A stretch of 64,000 bases of DNA. Origin: an uncultured Gammaproteobacteria bacterium (GTDB lineage: Bacteria; Pseudomonadota; Gammaproteobacteria; Eutrophobiales; Eutrophobiaceae). Of this stretch, positions 34,646 through 44,461 are shown piece after piece. The stretch covers positions 573,766-637,765 of the forward strand of contig CALSRS010000002.1 in assembly GCA_943788815.1 (NCBI GenBank), written 5' to 3'. The position numbers and the translations under genes are program-made. The notes beneath the pieces were generated by a model, which made no database searches, was not told the DNA's origin, and was given only the letters and a program-made list of their open reading frames with translations. Numbering within the stretch: position 1 is the stretch's first letter; each line of letters starts with the position of its first letter.

Positions 34646-35797
34646 TTAACTTTGTAGCTTCTGTTTTCTTGACAACATAAGTGAAATAAAATCATTAAAT
34701 AAATATTGAATATCATGAGGCCCAGGACTGGCTTCAGGATGCCCCTGAAATCCAAATGCAGGAACCCTTGTATGCCTGATTCCCTGCAAGGAACCATCGA
34801 ATAATGACCGGTGAGTTGCCTTAAGAACTGATGGCAAGCTATCTTCATTGACAGCAAACCCGTGATTCTGACTGGTTATTAATACCCTTTTGTCTCTTAA
34901 ATCCTGGACGGGATGATTCGCACCATGATGTCCAAATTTCATTTTTTCAGTTTTTGCACCAGCAGCTAGTGCAAGAAGCTGATGACCCAGACATATTCCA
35001 AATATTGGAATATCCATAGTGAGAAATTCCTGAATTGATTCTATAGCATAACGACATGGATCAGGGTCACCTGGGCCATTGGATAAAAATATCCCGTCAG
35101 GATTTTGCTCTATAACATCTTTAGCACTGGTAGTTGCGGGCACAACAGTCACAGAACAACCAAGCTCAACCAATATCCTTAGAATATTTCTTTTTACTCC
35201 AAAATCATAAGCAATGACTTTATATTTTTCTGATGGTCCTACGCTTGATGTCTTAAATTTGGCGTTGAGAGACCAGACTCCCTCTGACCATGTATAGCTT
35301 TCGGGCGTTGTCACTTGTTTTGCAAGATCTGCACCTTTCAACCCAGGAAAAGTCCTGGCTGCACTGATCGCTTTTTCAGGGTCCAGGTCGACACCAGCGA
35401 TGATACAACCATTTAGAGAACCTTTACTTCGAAGAATAGTAGTCAGTCTTCTAGTATCGATGTCTGCTATTGCAACAAGATTTTGTTCCTGTAAATATTG
35501 TGTTAAAGGTTTTTCAGATCGCCAATTACTGGTAATAAAAGGAAGTTGTTTAATAATTAATCCGCTCGCAAAAATTCTATTTGCTTCATCGTCCTCATCA
35601 TTAACACCCACGTTACCTATATGAGGATAAGTCATAGTAACCATTTGTTGGCTATAAGATGGATCCGAAAGGATTTCCTGATAACCTGTCATTGAAGTAT
35701 TAAAAACAACTTCACCCACAGTCGTACCATCACTTCCAATAGACTGTCCAAAAAACAGGCTACCATCTTCCAACGCTAACAGCGCAGAGTTACCCAC
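34646..35797 (-). CDS. carA: carbamoyl-phosphate synthase small subunit
   Basis: [39 protein letters not shown]. Confidence 0.98.
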   Translation of the reverse strand: MGNSALLALEDGSLFFGQSIGSDGTTVGEVVFNTSMTGYQEILSDPSYSQQMVTMTYPHIGNVGVNDEDDEANRIFASGLIIKQLPFITSNWRSEKPLTQYLQEQNLVAIADIDTRRLTTILRSKGSLNGCIIAGVDLDPEKAISAARTFPGLKGADLAKQVTTPESYTWSEGVWSLNAKFKTSSVGPSEKYKVIAYDFGVKRNILRILVELGCSVTVVPATTSAKDVIEQNPDGIFLSNGPGDPDPCRYAIESIQEFLTMDIPIFGICLGHQLLALAAGAKTEKMKFGHHGANHPVQDLRDKRVLITSQNHGFAVNEDSLPSVLKATHRSLFDGSLQGIRHTRVPAFGFQGHPEASPGPHDIQYLFNDFISLMLSRKQKLQS

Positions 35798-35880
35798 ATA
35801 ATTCTCCTGAAAAGATCCATAAATGGTATTATTTTAATTAATAAATATGTGCCATCGATTCACACCATCAATACACATAC

Positions 35881-35916
35881 AAAACGGGAGTTAACGCGGA
35901 CATTAACTCCCGTTTT
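35881..35916 (-). terminator. 14-bp perfect hairpin in the carA leader (candidate attenuator/terminator)
   Basis: AAAACGGGAGTTAA 35881-35894 / TTAACTCCCGTTTT 35903-35916, ~84 nt upstream of the carA start. Confidence 0.6.
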
Positions 35917-35954
35917 ATGAGATGAGTTAAAATTGTACTTAAAATCACCGATTC

Positions 35955-36329
35955 GTGTCTATGATGAAACATAACATTGAAGTAAATAATTCACAATTAA
36001 GAGTACTGTGCTCATTAGATGACATACCGTCGAATGGTGCCAGAGGATATATTGTCAACACGCAGAGTCAACTGTACCGTCTAATTGCCTTAAAAACCGA
36101 TTCAGGTATTTTCTTATATGAAAATCGTTGTCCACATATAGGCACTCCTCTTGACTGGACACCGGATCAGTTCCTTGATGAGAGCTATAAACTAATTCAA
36201 TGCTCTACTCACGGTGCATTATTCCGAATTGAAGACGGATATTGCATTTTTGGCCCTTGTGCCGGCCAGAGTTTAAGAGAAATTCAATATGAAATCAGGA
36301 AAAATCAGGTATTTATTTCTCTACCCTGA
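35955..36329 (+). CDS. small Rieske [2Fe-2S] ferredoxin
   Basis: NRCPHIG and IQCSTHGALF Rieske ligand motifs, plus GPC. Confidence 0.9.
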   Translation: MSMMKHNIEVNNSQLRVLCSLDDIPSNGARGYIVNTQSQLYRLIALKTDSGIFLYENRCPHIGTPLDWTPDQFLDESYKLIQCSTHGALFRIEDGYCIFGPCAGQSLREIQYEIRKNQVFISLP

Positions 36330-36520
36330 TTTTTTCAGTAATCCCTCCCGACTTTTTCATGTGGAAATTATCGTAACTCATTGCAATTAATAGTATTTTG
36401 CTGTCTTATATCGCAATAACCAGGTCAATCTAATATGAAATTTAACTTTCCAGAATTCAGGATTACGATATCTCCAGATTCATAGAATTTAATATAAATA
36501 CCCGATAAAACCATTATTTC

Positions 36521-38209
36521 ATGGCGAAAACCAATAAAAATAGACATTTGAACGCACTTAAGCCGGGATTTGAGTTGCACTGGTATGGTTTCAGGGAAAT
36601 TCTCGGCCAGGGTGGATTTGGGATTACCTATATAGCCTATGACCGCAACCTGGCCCATGAGGTAGCCATCAAAGAATACATGCCTGTTGACCTTGCAACG
36701 CGGGCACCTGATGACACGGTCGTTCCAATCTCCCCAGAATACCAGGAAAGATATGAATGGGGCCTGGAAAGGTTTATTGATGAAGCACGTACTCTCGCCC
36801 AGTTTGAACATCCAAACATTGTGCGCGTTAGAAATGTTTTTAAAAAAAATAATACTGCATATATGGTAATGGATTATGAATTAGGAGAAAGCCTGCAGGA
36901 AATTTTAAGTCGTAGAAAAGTACTTGAGGAAGAAGACATAGAAACAGTCATGTTTCCTATCATTGATGGGTTAAAATTGGTACATGCACACGGGTTTATA
37001 CATCGAGACATAAAACCTGCAAATATTTTTTTACGTGTAGACGATGATCCTGTACTTCTAGATTTTGGCTCTGCACGACAGGCCCTCGAACAAGGGAAAA
37101 ACTCCATGACGAGTATTTTTTCAAAAGGCTATGCTCCAATCGAACAATACAACACCTCTGAAGATGAGCAGGGACCATGGACAGATATTTATGCTATCGG
37201 TGCCACCATGTTCAGGACTATTGCTGGCATCCCCCCAACTGATGCGATAGACAGAAGCACAGCAATAAGTATCACCTCTCGAGATAGTTACGTTTCTGCC
37301 CTTGAAATAGGTGCAGGTAAGTATTCTGAATCAATGTTAAAAGCAATTGACCATGCTATGGCCTTTAATCGTAATGATCGACCACAAACGATTACTGAAT
37401 GGCTATCTGAATATTCTAAAAAGAAACCCGTGATATCTGATGTCGCACAGGAAATTACAACGGAGTCACAAAACACAGAAACTACTATTGATGAAATAAA
37501 AGCATGTGCAGAGTTTGGAGATATAGATTCCCAGGCAACCCTGGGTTATATATATTCAAAAGGTGTTGAAGTTGAACAAGATCAGATATTGGCGATGAAA
37601 TGGTACGAAATGGCCGCAGATCAAGGACATGTTACGTCCCAATTTAACCTTGGTGTTATATATGCGAAAGGCCGTGGAGTTGAGCAAAATTTTGATAAAG
37701 CGTTTAAATGGTATTCAAAAGCAGCAGAAGCTGGGGATGTAGGTGCGCAAGTCGCATTGTCTTCCATGTTTAATAAAGGGGTCGGAACGAACAAGGATGA
37801 TAGAATGGCATATAAATGGTGCCTGCGTGCAGCAAAACGTGGCCATTTGAATTCCATGTATGACCTGGGAGAAATGTTTCATAAAGGTATTGGCATAAAT
37901 CAGGACAATCAAGAAGCTTATAAATGGTTTAAAAAAGCTGCTGATCAAAATCATATTAAAGCACAAATGACACTTGGCTTTATGTATGGCAAAGGTGAAG
38001 GCATAGATAGGGACGACATTGAGTCCTATCACTGGTACCGAAAGGCTGCAGAAGCTGGCAATCCCTACGCACAATATAATCTTGGTGTAATCTACTCAAA
38101 AGGCAGAGGCATCAACCCAAATATAATCGAAGCAAAAAAATGGTATCAGAAATCTGCTGATCAGGGAAATGAATATGCAGAGAAAGCACTGCAACGTTTA
38201 GGTGGTTAA
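36521..38209 (+). CDS. Hanks-type Ser/Thr protein kinase with six C-terminal Sel1 repeats
   Basis: LGQGGFGITY, VAIKEY, HRDIKPANI, DFG, GYAPIEQ; six 36-aa A/SQxxLGxxYxxG...KWYxKAAxxG repeats; no TM segment seen. Confidence 0.92.
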   Translation: MAKTNKNRHLNALKPGFELHWYGFREILGQGGFGITYIAYDRNLAHEVAIKEYMPVDLATRAPDDTVVPISPEYQERYEWGLERFIDEARTLAQFEHPNIVRVRNVFKKNNTAYMVMDYELGESLQEILSRRKVLEEEDIETVMFPIIDGLKLVHAHGFIHRDIKPANIFLRVDDDPVLLDFGSARQALEQGKNSMTSIFSKGYAPIEQYNTSEDEQGPWTDIYAIGATMFRTIAGIPPTDAIDRSTAISITSRDSYVSALEIGAGKYSESMLKAIDHAMAFNRNDRPQTITEWLSEYSKKKPVISDVAQEITTESQNTETTIDEIKACAEFGDIDSQATLGYIYSKGVEVEQDQILAMKWYEMAADQGHVTSQFNLGVIYAKGRGVEQNFDKAFKWYSKAAEAGDVGAQVALSSMFNKGVGTNKDDRMAYKWCLRAAKRGHLNSMYDLGEMFHKGIGINQDNQEAYKWFKKAADQNHIKAQMTLGFMYGKGEGIDRDDIESYHWYRKAAEAGNPYAQYNLGVIYSKGRGINPNIIEAKKWYQKSADQGNEYAEKALQRLGG

Positions 38210-38345
38210 ATTATTTTTTTGATTGTTATTAAAATATGCCACAGCGATCATAAAAGAATATATATAACTAAATGACCTCCGTAGTTTCTGTATCTTAATC
38301 TATACATTGTAAAATTTTTAATATTGTAACTATTAATCAATCAAT

Positions 38346-40040
38346 ATGAATTCAAGCATTAAAGGTATCGTTGATAAGTTCCGAGAACTTGAGATCACAG
38401 AAAATGAATTCGTCCTCGCAACAATCATCGAGACATCTGGCTCAACTTATAGGAAAGCAGGTGCAAGATTACTAATTAGCAATTCTGGATATTTCTACGG
38501 TTTGCTGGGTGGTGGGTGTTTTGAAGCTGACTTAATGGAACATGCCATGCAGGTATTTGATTCACATGAGTCACAAACACTGTTTTATGATATGCGAGGC
38601 CCGGAAGACCTGGTCTGGGGTCTGGGACTAGGTTGTAATGGCGCGGTCAGGATTAGGCTTGAGTATGCCGCTAGAGATAACAACTTTGGTCCTTTATCCA
38701 TGCTGGAATCTGCCTTATTTCTCAATCAGGAATGTATAGTTGCTACGATCAGCGATTCCAAACACGAGACATTAAAACCTGATACTCACCATTTGATCTT
38801 GATTGATGAAGTAATTAGCCAGGATGGTGATTTACCTGAATTACTCTATTCAACTTCTAATGAAATTCTTAAATCAGGAATATCTACTAATAGACGACTA
38901 AGTATCAATGATCATGAGCTTGAAGTATTTTTTTCAATAATCAAACCCTCTACTCACTTAATAATAATAGGAGGGGGACCAGATAGCGTTCCTGTGATAG
39001 AGACTGCTTTGTTACTCGGGTGGTCTGTCACATTGATTGATTACAGAGAAAGTTATACGAAAGCTGAGAATTTTCCAGCAGGAATAAACATTTTAAAATC
39101 AACACCAGATGAACTTGAAGATAATATAGAAATATATAATGCCGACGCCGTCGTCCTGATGACTCATAAATTTGAATATGATCTTAATTATCTGAAAGTA
39201 TTTATTCATACTTCAATACCATACATAGGCCTATTAGGTCCTGTTGCCAGAAAAAATGAAATATTAAAATCACTAACAGGTGAAAATAATATTGACGGCA
39301 GGATATTCGGTCCGGTAGGGCTCAATATTGGTGGAGAACTTCCAGAAGAGATCGCGATTTCTTTGATAGCAGAGATACAAGCTGTCATAAATAATCGGCA
39401 AGGCGGTCACCTTTCACAAAATGAAGCATCAAAAGATATTGATAAGCTTAAGGAAAAAATTTCTATCGTAATTCTTGCAGCTGGTGGGTCAAGCCGGTTT
39501 GGCGCTCTAAAACAGTTACTTGAATACGATGGTAAAAGCCTGCTGAAGAGAAGTGTTGAAACTGCACTATCTCTTGATTGTCATGAAGTAATCGTCGTCC
39601 ACGGACCAAAGGCCACGAAATGTCAGAGGGAATTGACTACGTATAATGTTGAAAATATTGTCAATGAGAATTGGGAGTCTGGCATGGCATCTTCAATAAA
39701 ACTGGGATTTAAAAATATATCTCCGGGCATACAGGCTGTACTCTTAATTCTTTGTGATCAACCTCTAATTAACCATGAGATGCTAAATAATTTAATCATC
39801 GCCTGGAGTGCTGATAAGACTAGAATTATTGCAAGTAAATATTCTTCGACAATTGGTGTGCCTGCATTAATTCCAGATAATTATTATAATGACATTAAAA
39901 AATTAACTGGAGACACAGGCGCCAAAAATATCCTTTCAGAAAATGTTCAGAATGTTACAACTATATTATTGCCTGAAGCTGAATTTGACATTGATACAGA
40001 AAAAGATTTTTCGGAATTGCTTGGAAGAAAATTTACCTGA
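38346..40040 (+). CDS. XdhC/CoxI molybdo-cofactor chaperone fused to a MocA-like nucleotidyltransferase
   Basis: GSTYRKAGA, GGCFE, GLGLGCNG, PVGLNIGGELPEEIAIS (XdhC), then ILAAGGSSRFG..KQLL, GMASSI, LCDQP, GDTGAK, DIDT (NTP_transf_3). Confidence 0.88.
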   Translation: MNSSIKGIVDKFRELEITENEFVLATIIETSGSTYRKAGARLLISNSGYFYGLLGGGCFEADLMEHAMQVFDSHESQTLFYDMRGPEDLVWGLGLGCNGAVRIRLEYAARDNNFGPLSMLESALFLNQECIVATISDSKHETLKPDTHHLILIDEVISQDGDLPELLYSTSNEILKSGISTNRRLSINDHELEVFFSIIKPSTHLIIIGGGPDSVPVIETALLLGWSVTLIDYRESYTKAENFPAGINILKSTPDELEDNIEIYNADAVVLMTHKFEYDLNYLKVFIHTSIPYIGLLGPVARKNEILKSLTGENNIDGRIFGPVGLNIGGELPEEIAISLIAEIQAVINNRQGGHLSQNEASKDIDKLKEKISIVILAAGGSSRFGALKQLLEYDGKSLLKRSVETALSLDCHEVIVVHGPKATKCQRELTTYNVENIVNENWESGMASSIKLGFKNISPGIQAVLLILCDQPLINHEMLNNLIIAWSADKTRIIASKYSSTIGVPALIPDNYYNDIKKLTGDTGAKNILSENVQNVTTILLPEAEFDIDTEKDFSELLGRKFT

Positions 40041-40051
40041 CAAAACACTAT

Positions 40052-41224
40052 TTATTCATCTAAAAATAATTTAATCTCATCCATTCTTTGTTCAGCATCC
40101 TGCTCCCCCATCTTGATTAAATGTTGAAGATAATCAGATTGGAACATTACTAAACTTAACATATCTGTTGACTGAGACTCCTGGGTTCCCCAACCTCTGG
40201 TCATGAACCTGAATGCGCGAGGTAATTGAGGTTCATACTGCGCAGCAAGATCACCTAGATCTTCTGATGGTCTTAATAATAATAGTTTTACTTGCTCAAG
40301 GTTCTCAGGATTATCTCCATTTCTGGTAGCAACTAATTGGTTTATTCGTTCTAATCGTAATGCATCATTATCAAATACATCCAGAAAAATAGCACTATAC
40401 ATAGCACCCATTACTTTGGCAGGTGATGGGTAATCGTCAATACTTACATTTTGATCTTCCAGATCTGGAGAAATATGACGAGTTGATATGGCTAGTAATT
40501 TTTTTGCTCCCATATGAATTGCAGGGGCGAGTGGCGCCGTCAGTCTGATTCCTCCATCGCCATACCAACTTCCATTCACGTAGACCGACGGAAACAACAT
40601 GGGTAATGATGCTGATGCCATGATATGTTCAATTGTAAGGTTAGAATTAATACTCTTGCGATGTCCCCTCTCCCATTCTTCCATATTAGTGCCATGTACC
40701 CAGGAGATGGATTGACCAGTGGTATAACTGGATGCAGTTAGCGCAATGGCTTTTAGGCATCCGTCGCTAATATTCCTGTCTATTCCTTTGAGAATTCCTT
40801 GTTGAGGCTTAAGTATCTCTTCCAACAAATGTTTTAAGGGTGATGTATCAACAAGACTACGAGTTTCAACTGCGTTTGAAGCGCTGCCCAATATTAACCT
40901 TAATCCCCAACGAAATACGTGACCAATAATTGATGCAGAATCGACACGAAAGACATGATCTATAGTCAACGTGCTCCATATATCTACCAGGCGATTAATT
41001 TTTTCATTTAAATTTCCTGACTCATTTGCAAGAAATGCTGCATTGATCGCACCTGAAGAAACGCCAGTTATATAAGGAAAACAGAGTTCAGGATAATGTT
41101 TTGATAAGGTCCTTAAAAAACCAACCTGATACGCAGCCCGCGCACCACCACCGCTCATCACTAGTCCAAGATCGTTATTAATTTCCTGTTTTATTTGCAT
41201 TTTTTCCAAATAATAACTTATCAA
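40052..41224 (-). CDS. patatin-like phospholipase
   Basis: SGGGARAAYQVG, GVSSG nucleophile, YGDGG; start may be ATG 41200. Confidence 0.9.
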   Translation of the reverse strand: MISYYLEKMQIKQEINNDLGLVMSGGGARAAYQVGFLRTLSKHYPELCFPYITGVSSGAINAAFLANESGNLNEKINRLVDIWSTLTIDHVFRVDSASIIGHVFRWGLRLILGSASNAVETRSLVDTSPLKHLLEEILKPQQGILKGIDRNISDGCLKAIALTASSYTTGQSISWVHGTNMEEWERGHRKSINSNLTIEHIMASASLPMLFPSVYVNGSWYGDGGIRLTAPLAPAIHMGAKKLLAISTRHISPDLEDQNVSIDDYPSPAKVMGAMYSAIFLDVFDNDALRLERINQLVATRNGDNPENLEQVKLLLLRPSEDLGDLAAQYEPQLPRAFRFMTRGWGTQESQSTDMLSLVMFQSDYLQHLIKMGEQDAEQRMDEIKLFLDE

Positions 41225-41292
41225 ATCTAGTTATTGTGATACAGACATTCAGATTCTGTTATTGTGTTTATTATTAAATTTAGTTTGATCAG

Positions 41293-41838
41293 ATGGAATC
41301 ATTGTTACACAAATTTTATGCTGCGAGTATCTCCATCGGAGCAGATGGAAGTATGCTGGTATCCAGCACAAAAGATCGAGTACTGATATGGGGAGCGATT
41401 TTCTGCTTCACAGCATCTGCCTGTCTCATATGCTGGCTAATTTGGAGAAACAGGCACATAGGTATGGCCGCTATAATTTGCTTTGTTTTTTCCCTGCTAA
41501 TTCCTGCCTTGATAATTCCATCTGTTCGCCATGAATATATACACGTAACTCCGCAATTAATTACAATAGAATCCGGTGAATGGTACAAGTCATCTAAAAC
41601 TGTACTTAAGATGACAAACCTTCACCAAATTAAAGAATCTGATAATCAGGGTTTATTGCCAGGAAACCTGATTGGAGATCCAAATGTCAGCTGGCATCTC
41701 ACCCGGTTAGATGGAAACAGGGAAGAAATGGAATTAAATCAGTTTTTTAATGCCCACCGAATGGTCGTTGCCTACTACTTTATTGATAGAGGCTTCTGGG
41801 TTGAAAGGCTGGAAGATCAGTCAAGAACAAGCTATTGA
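41293..41838 (+). CDS. hypothetical membrane protein (two TM segments plus a beta-rich soluble domain)
   Basis: 181-aa ORF filling the gap between patatin and CBS genes, with two hydrophobic segments. Confidence 0.65.
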   Translation: MESLLHKFYAASISIGADGSMLVSSTKDRVLIWGAIFCFTASACLICWLIWRNRHIGMAAIICFVFSLLIPALIIPSVRHEYIHVTPQLITIESGEWYKSSKTVLKMTNLHQIKESDNQGLLPGNLIGDPNVSWHLTRLDGNREEMELNQFFNAHRMVVAYYFIDRGFWVERLEDQSRTSY

Positions 41839-41844
41839 TTATTA

Positions 41845-42255
41845 TCAAGCCGCATTATCTCCACCACCATGAGGTCCAAATTCTTCGCGTAGATACCTGC
41901 TAAAATGCATATATGCATCTGACTCTGTAAAAATCCCTACCAGTTTTGAATTTTTGGTTATCAAAACCGTATCAAGCCGCTTATCAGCCATAATTTCAAG
42001 AACGTTATCCAATCGCTCGTTTAAATCAAAAACTTGGGGTGAACTAAGGTTTAAATCACCAATTGATTCATAATTTTGATTCTCAAAAACCCGAGCATCA
42101 ATTAATCCAACTATATTGTCTCCATCGATTACTGGTAAATGATGTATCTCGTGTTGATGCATATATATTTTGGCATCACACAGCAGTGTATTAATCCCCA
42201 CTGAATAGGGAAAGGGCGTCATTATGGTCTTTATTAGAGGGATTTTGGTAAACAT
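41845..42255 (-). CDS. CBS-pair protein
   Basis: IMTPFP, IHHLPVIDGDNIVGLI, KLVGIFTESD. Confidence 0.85.
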   Translation of the reverse strand: MFTKIPLIKTIMTPFPYSVGINTLLCDAKIYMHQHEIHHLPVIDGDNIVGLIDARVFENQNYESIGDLNLSSPQVFDLNERLDNVLEIMADKRLDTVLITKNSKLVGIFTESDAYMHFSRYLREEFGPHGGGDNAA

Positions 42256-42279
42256 ATTTAATTTACCTGGTGAACTGCA

Positions 42280-43086
42280 TTAGCGCAGACCTAATACATC
42301 CTGCATATCAAATAAACCCAACTTTTTTTCGGTTATCCAATCGGCGGCAAGTAAGGCCCCTGATGCAAAGTTTCTTCTGTTAGTAGCCTTGTGGGTAATC
42401 TCAACCCTTTCTCCTTGCATTCCAAACATTACGGTATGATCACCTACAATGTCACCTGCTCGAATGGTTTCAAATCCGATTGTTTTTCTATCCCTTTCAC
42501 CAGTTATTCCTTCGCGACCATATACTGCACACTCACTTAAATTTCGACCTAAAGTATCCGCAATAATTTCACCTAGTCTAACTGCGGTACCAGAAGGAGA
42601 ATCTTTTTTCATCCTATGGTGTGCCTCGATAATTTCTATATCTGATTGTTCACCTATAATTTCTGCTGCAAGCTCGGCGAGTTTAAAACATAAATTCACA
42701 CCTATGCTCATATTTGGAGCGAATACGATACCAATCGATTCACCCGCAAGCTGGATAGTTTGTTTTTGCTCCTTGTTGAGTCCGGTAGTCCCAATCACCA
42801 TAGCTTTTTGGCCAGAGACACATTGCTCTAAGTTACTTAGTGTTGCCTCTGGTAGTGTAAAATCGATAATAACGTCAAAATCATCTAATACATCCAAAAT
42901 TTCAGAAACTATTTTGATCTCATTGGTGCCAATGCCTGCCAATTCACCTGAATCCATCCCCAAGCAGGGCGAATCAGAATGTTCAATCGCTGCTGTAACA
43001 TTAATATTTTCCATTTCTGAACAGGTTTCAATTATCGTTTTGCCCATCCGCCCGGCAGCGCCGCAAACTGCAATTCTGGTCGTCAT
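42280..43086 (-). CDS. dapB: 4-hydroxy-tetrahydrodipicolinate reductase
   Basis: GAAGRMG, IDFT, VIGTTG, EAHHRMKKDSPSGTA. Confidence 0.97.
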   Translation of the reverse strand: MTTRIAVCGAAGRMGKTIIETCSEMENINVTAAIEHSDSPCLGMDSGELAGIGTNEIKIVSEILDVLDDFDVIIDFTLPEATLSNLEQCVSGQKAMVIGTTGLNKEQKQTIQLAGESIGIVFAPNMSIGVNLCFKLAELAAEIIGEQSDIEIIEAHHRMKKDSPSGTAVRLGEIIADTLGRNLSECAVYGREGITGERDRKTIGFETIRAGDIVGDHTVMFGMQGERVEITHKATNRRNFASGALLAADWITEKKLGLFDMQDVLGLR

Positions 43087-43231
43087 TTTTTCTCTTCTTG
43101 ATTAACTGTTAGTTCTATATAAAAGACATTAATTCGAAGTATATATAACTCTTAATAGAGTTGTTACTCTGAAATTAGAATTAATCCCCAAGAATATAAT
43201 ATTGGGTCAAACAGACTGTATGAATCAATAT

Positions 43232-44359
43232 TTAAGGGGTTAGATTTTCAAAGAAGTCTTTTACGCCATCAAGCCAGGATTTTGATTTGGGACTATGATG
43301 TTTCGCATTATTTGCCATCGACTGTTCTAGTTCTTCGAGTAGTTCTTTTTGCCTTTTATCGAGCTTAACTGGTGTTTCTACAGCAACCTTGCAAAGCAAA
43401 TCACCAATACTTGATGAACGGACAGAACGAACCCCTTTCCCACGCAATCGAAATAACTTCCCTGTCTGAGTTTCTGATGGAATCTTCAGGGTTACGCGGC
43501 CATTTAGTGTAGGTACTTCTATTTCGCCGCCCAGTGCGGCCATGGTAAAACTTATGGGGACATTACAATGTAAATTTGTGCCTTCACGTGTAAAGATAGG
43601 ATGATCTCGCACGATGACATGGACATAAAGGTCACCTGATGGACCACCTTTTTCACCTGCTTCTCCTTCTCCAGTCAGCCTAACTCTATCACCGGTATCC
43701 ACACCAGGTGGAATTTTTACTGAGATGGTTTTATTGTCCCTGACCCGGCCTTTACCATGACAGGACCCACATGGATCGGAAATAATCTTACCTTGACCAC
43801 GGCACTGTGGACAGGTTTGCTGGATAGAGAAAAAACCCTGCTGCATCCTTACCTGCCCCATGCCATTACACGTAGGACAATCTGCAGGAGTGGATCCCTT
43901 TTTTGCGCCACTGCCACTACAAATAGTGCATGTAGTGAGTTTACCAACACGGATTTTAGTAGTAGCCCCGTTAATGGCTTCTTCCAGGCTTAAATCCAGG
44001 TCATACCTGAGATCAGCACCGCGATAAACTCTTTCGCCGCCTCCTCGACCACCGCCGAAGATATCACCGAATACACTATCAAAAATATCACCGACACCTC
44101 CGGCGTTGGCGTGTCCGCCTGCAAAGCTGCCTTCTACACCAGCATGCCCAAACTGATCATAAGCTGCTCGTTTTTGAGCATCACTAAGCACATCATAAGC
44201 TTCTTTGGCCTCTTTAAATTTGTTTTCTGCATCAGCGTCATCTGAATTGCGATCGGGATGATATTTCATCGCCAGCCGACGATAAGCTTTCTTTAATTCA
44301 GCTTCTGGGACGTTTTTAGATACGCCGAGAACGTCATAATAATCACGCTTTGAAGACAT
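43232..44359 (-). CDS. dnaJ: chaperone DnaJ
   Basis: J domain with HPD, G/F region, four CxxCxGxG repeats. Confidence 0.98.
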   Translation of the reverse strand: MSSKRDYYDVLGVSKNVPEAELKKAYRRLAMKYHPDRNSDDADAENKFKEAKEAYDVLSDAQKRAAYDQFGHAGVEGSFAGGHANAGGVGDIFDSVFGDIFGGGRGGGERVYRGADLRYDLDLSLEEAINGATTKIRVGKLTTCTICSGSGAKKGSTPADCPTCNGMGQVRMQQGFFSIQQTCPQCRGQGKIISDPCGSCHGKGRVRDNKTISVKIPPGVDTGDRVRLTGEGEAGEKGGPSGDLYVHVIVRDHPIFTREGTNLHCNVPISFTMAALGGEIEVPTLNGRVTLKIPSETQTGKLFRLRGKGVRSVRSSSIGDLLCKVAVETPVKLDKRQKELLEELEQSMANNAKHHSPKSKSWLDGVKDFFENLTP

Positions 44360-44387
44360 ACTTTAACTCTGATCGTTTTCTATTCTT

Positions 44388-44419
44388 AAATAACAAACCC
44401 GGGGTAACTTCCCCCGGGC
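44388..44419 (-). terminator. hairpin between dnaK and dnaJ (partial terminator or mRNA stabiliser)
   Basis: CCCGGGG 44398-44404 / CCCCGGG 44412-44418, followed on the minus strand by TTTGTTATTT. Confidence 0.55.
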
Positions 44420-44461
44420 TCTATTAATGACTATTTTTCCAGCGCGTAGCTTAACAGAAAA

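Noticed and set aside
40052-41224. Patatin as a CBASS CapV effector
   Set aside because: No CD-NTase or other CBASS genes nearby; it resembles the common stand-alone gammaproteobacterial patatins.
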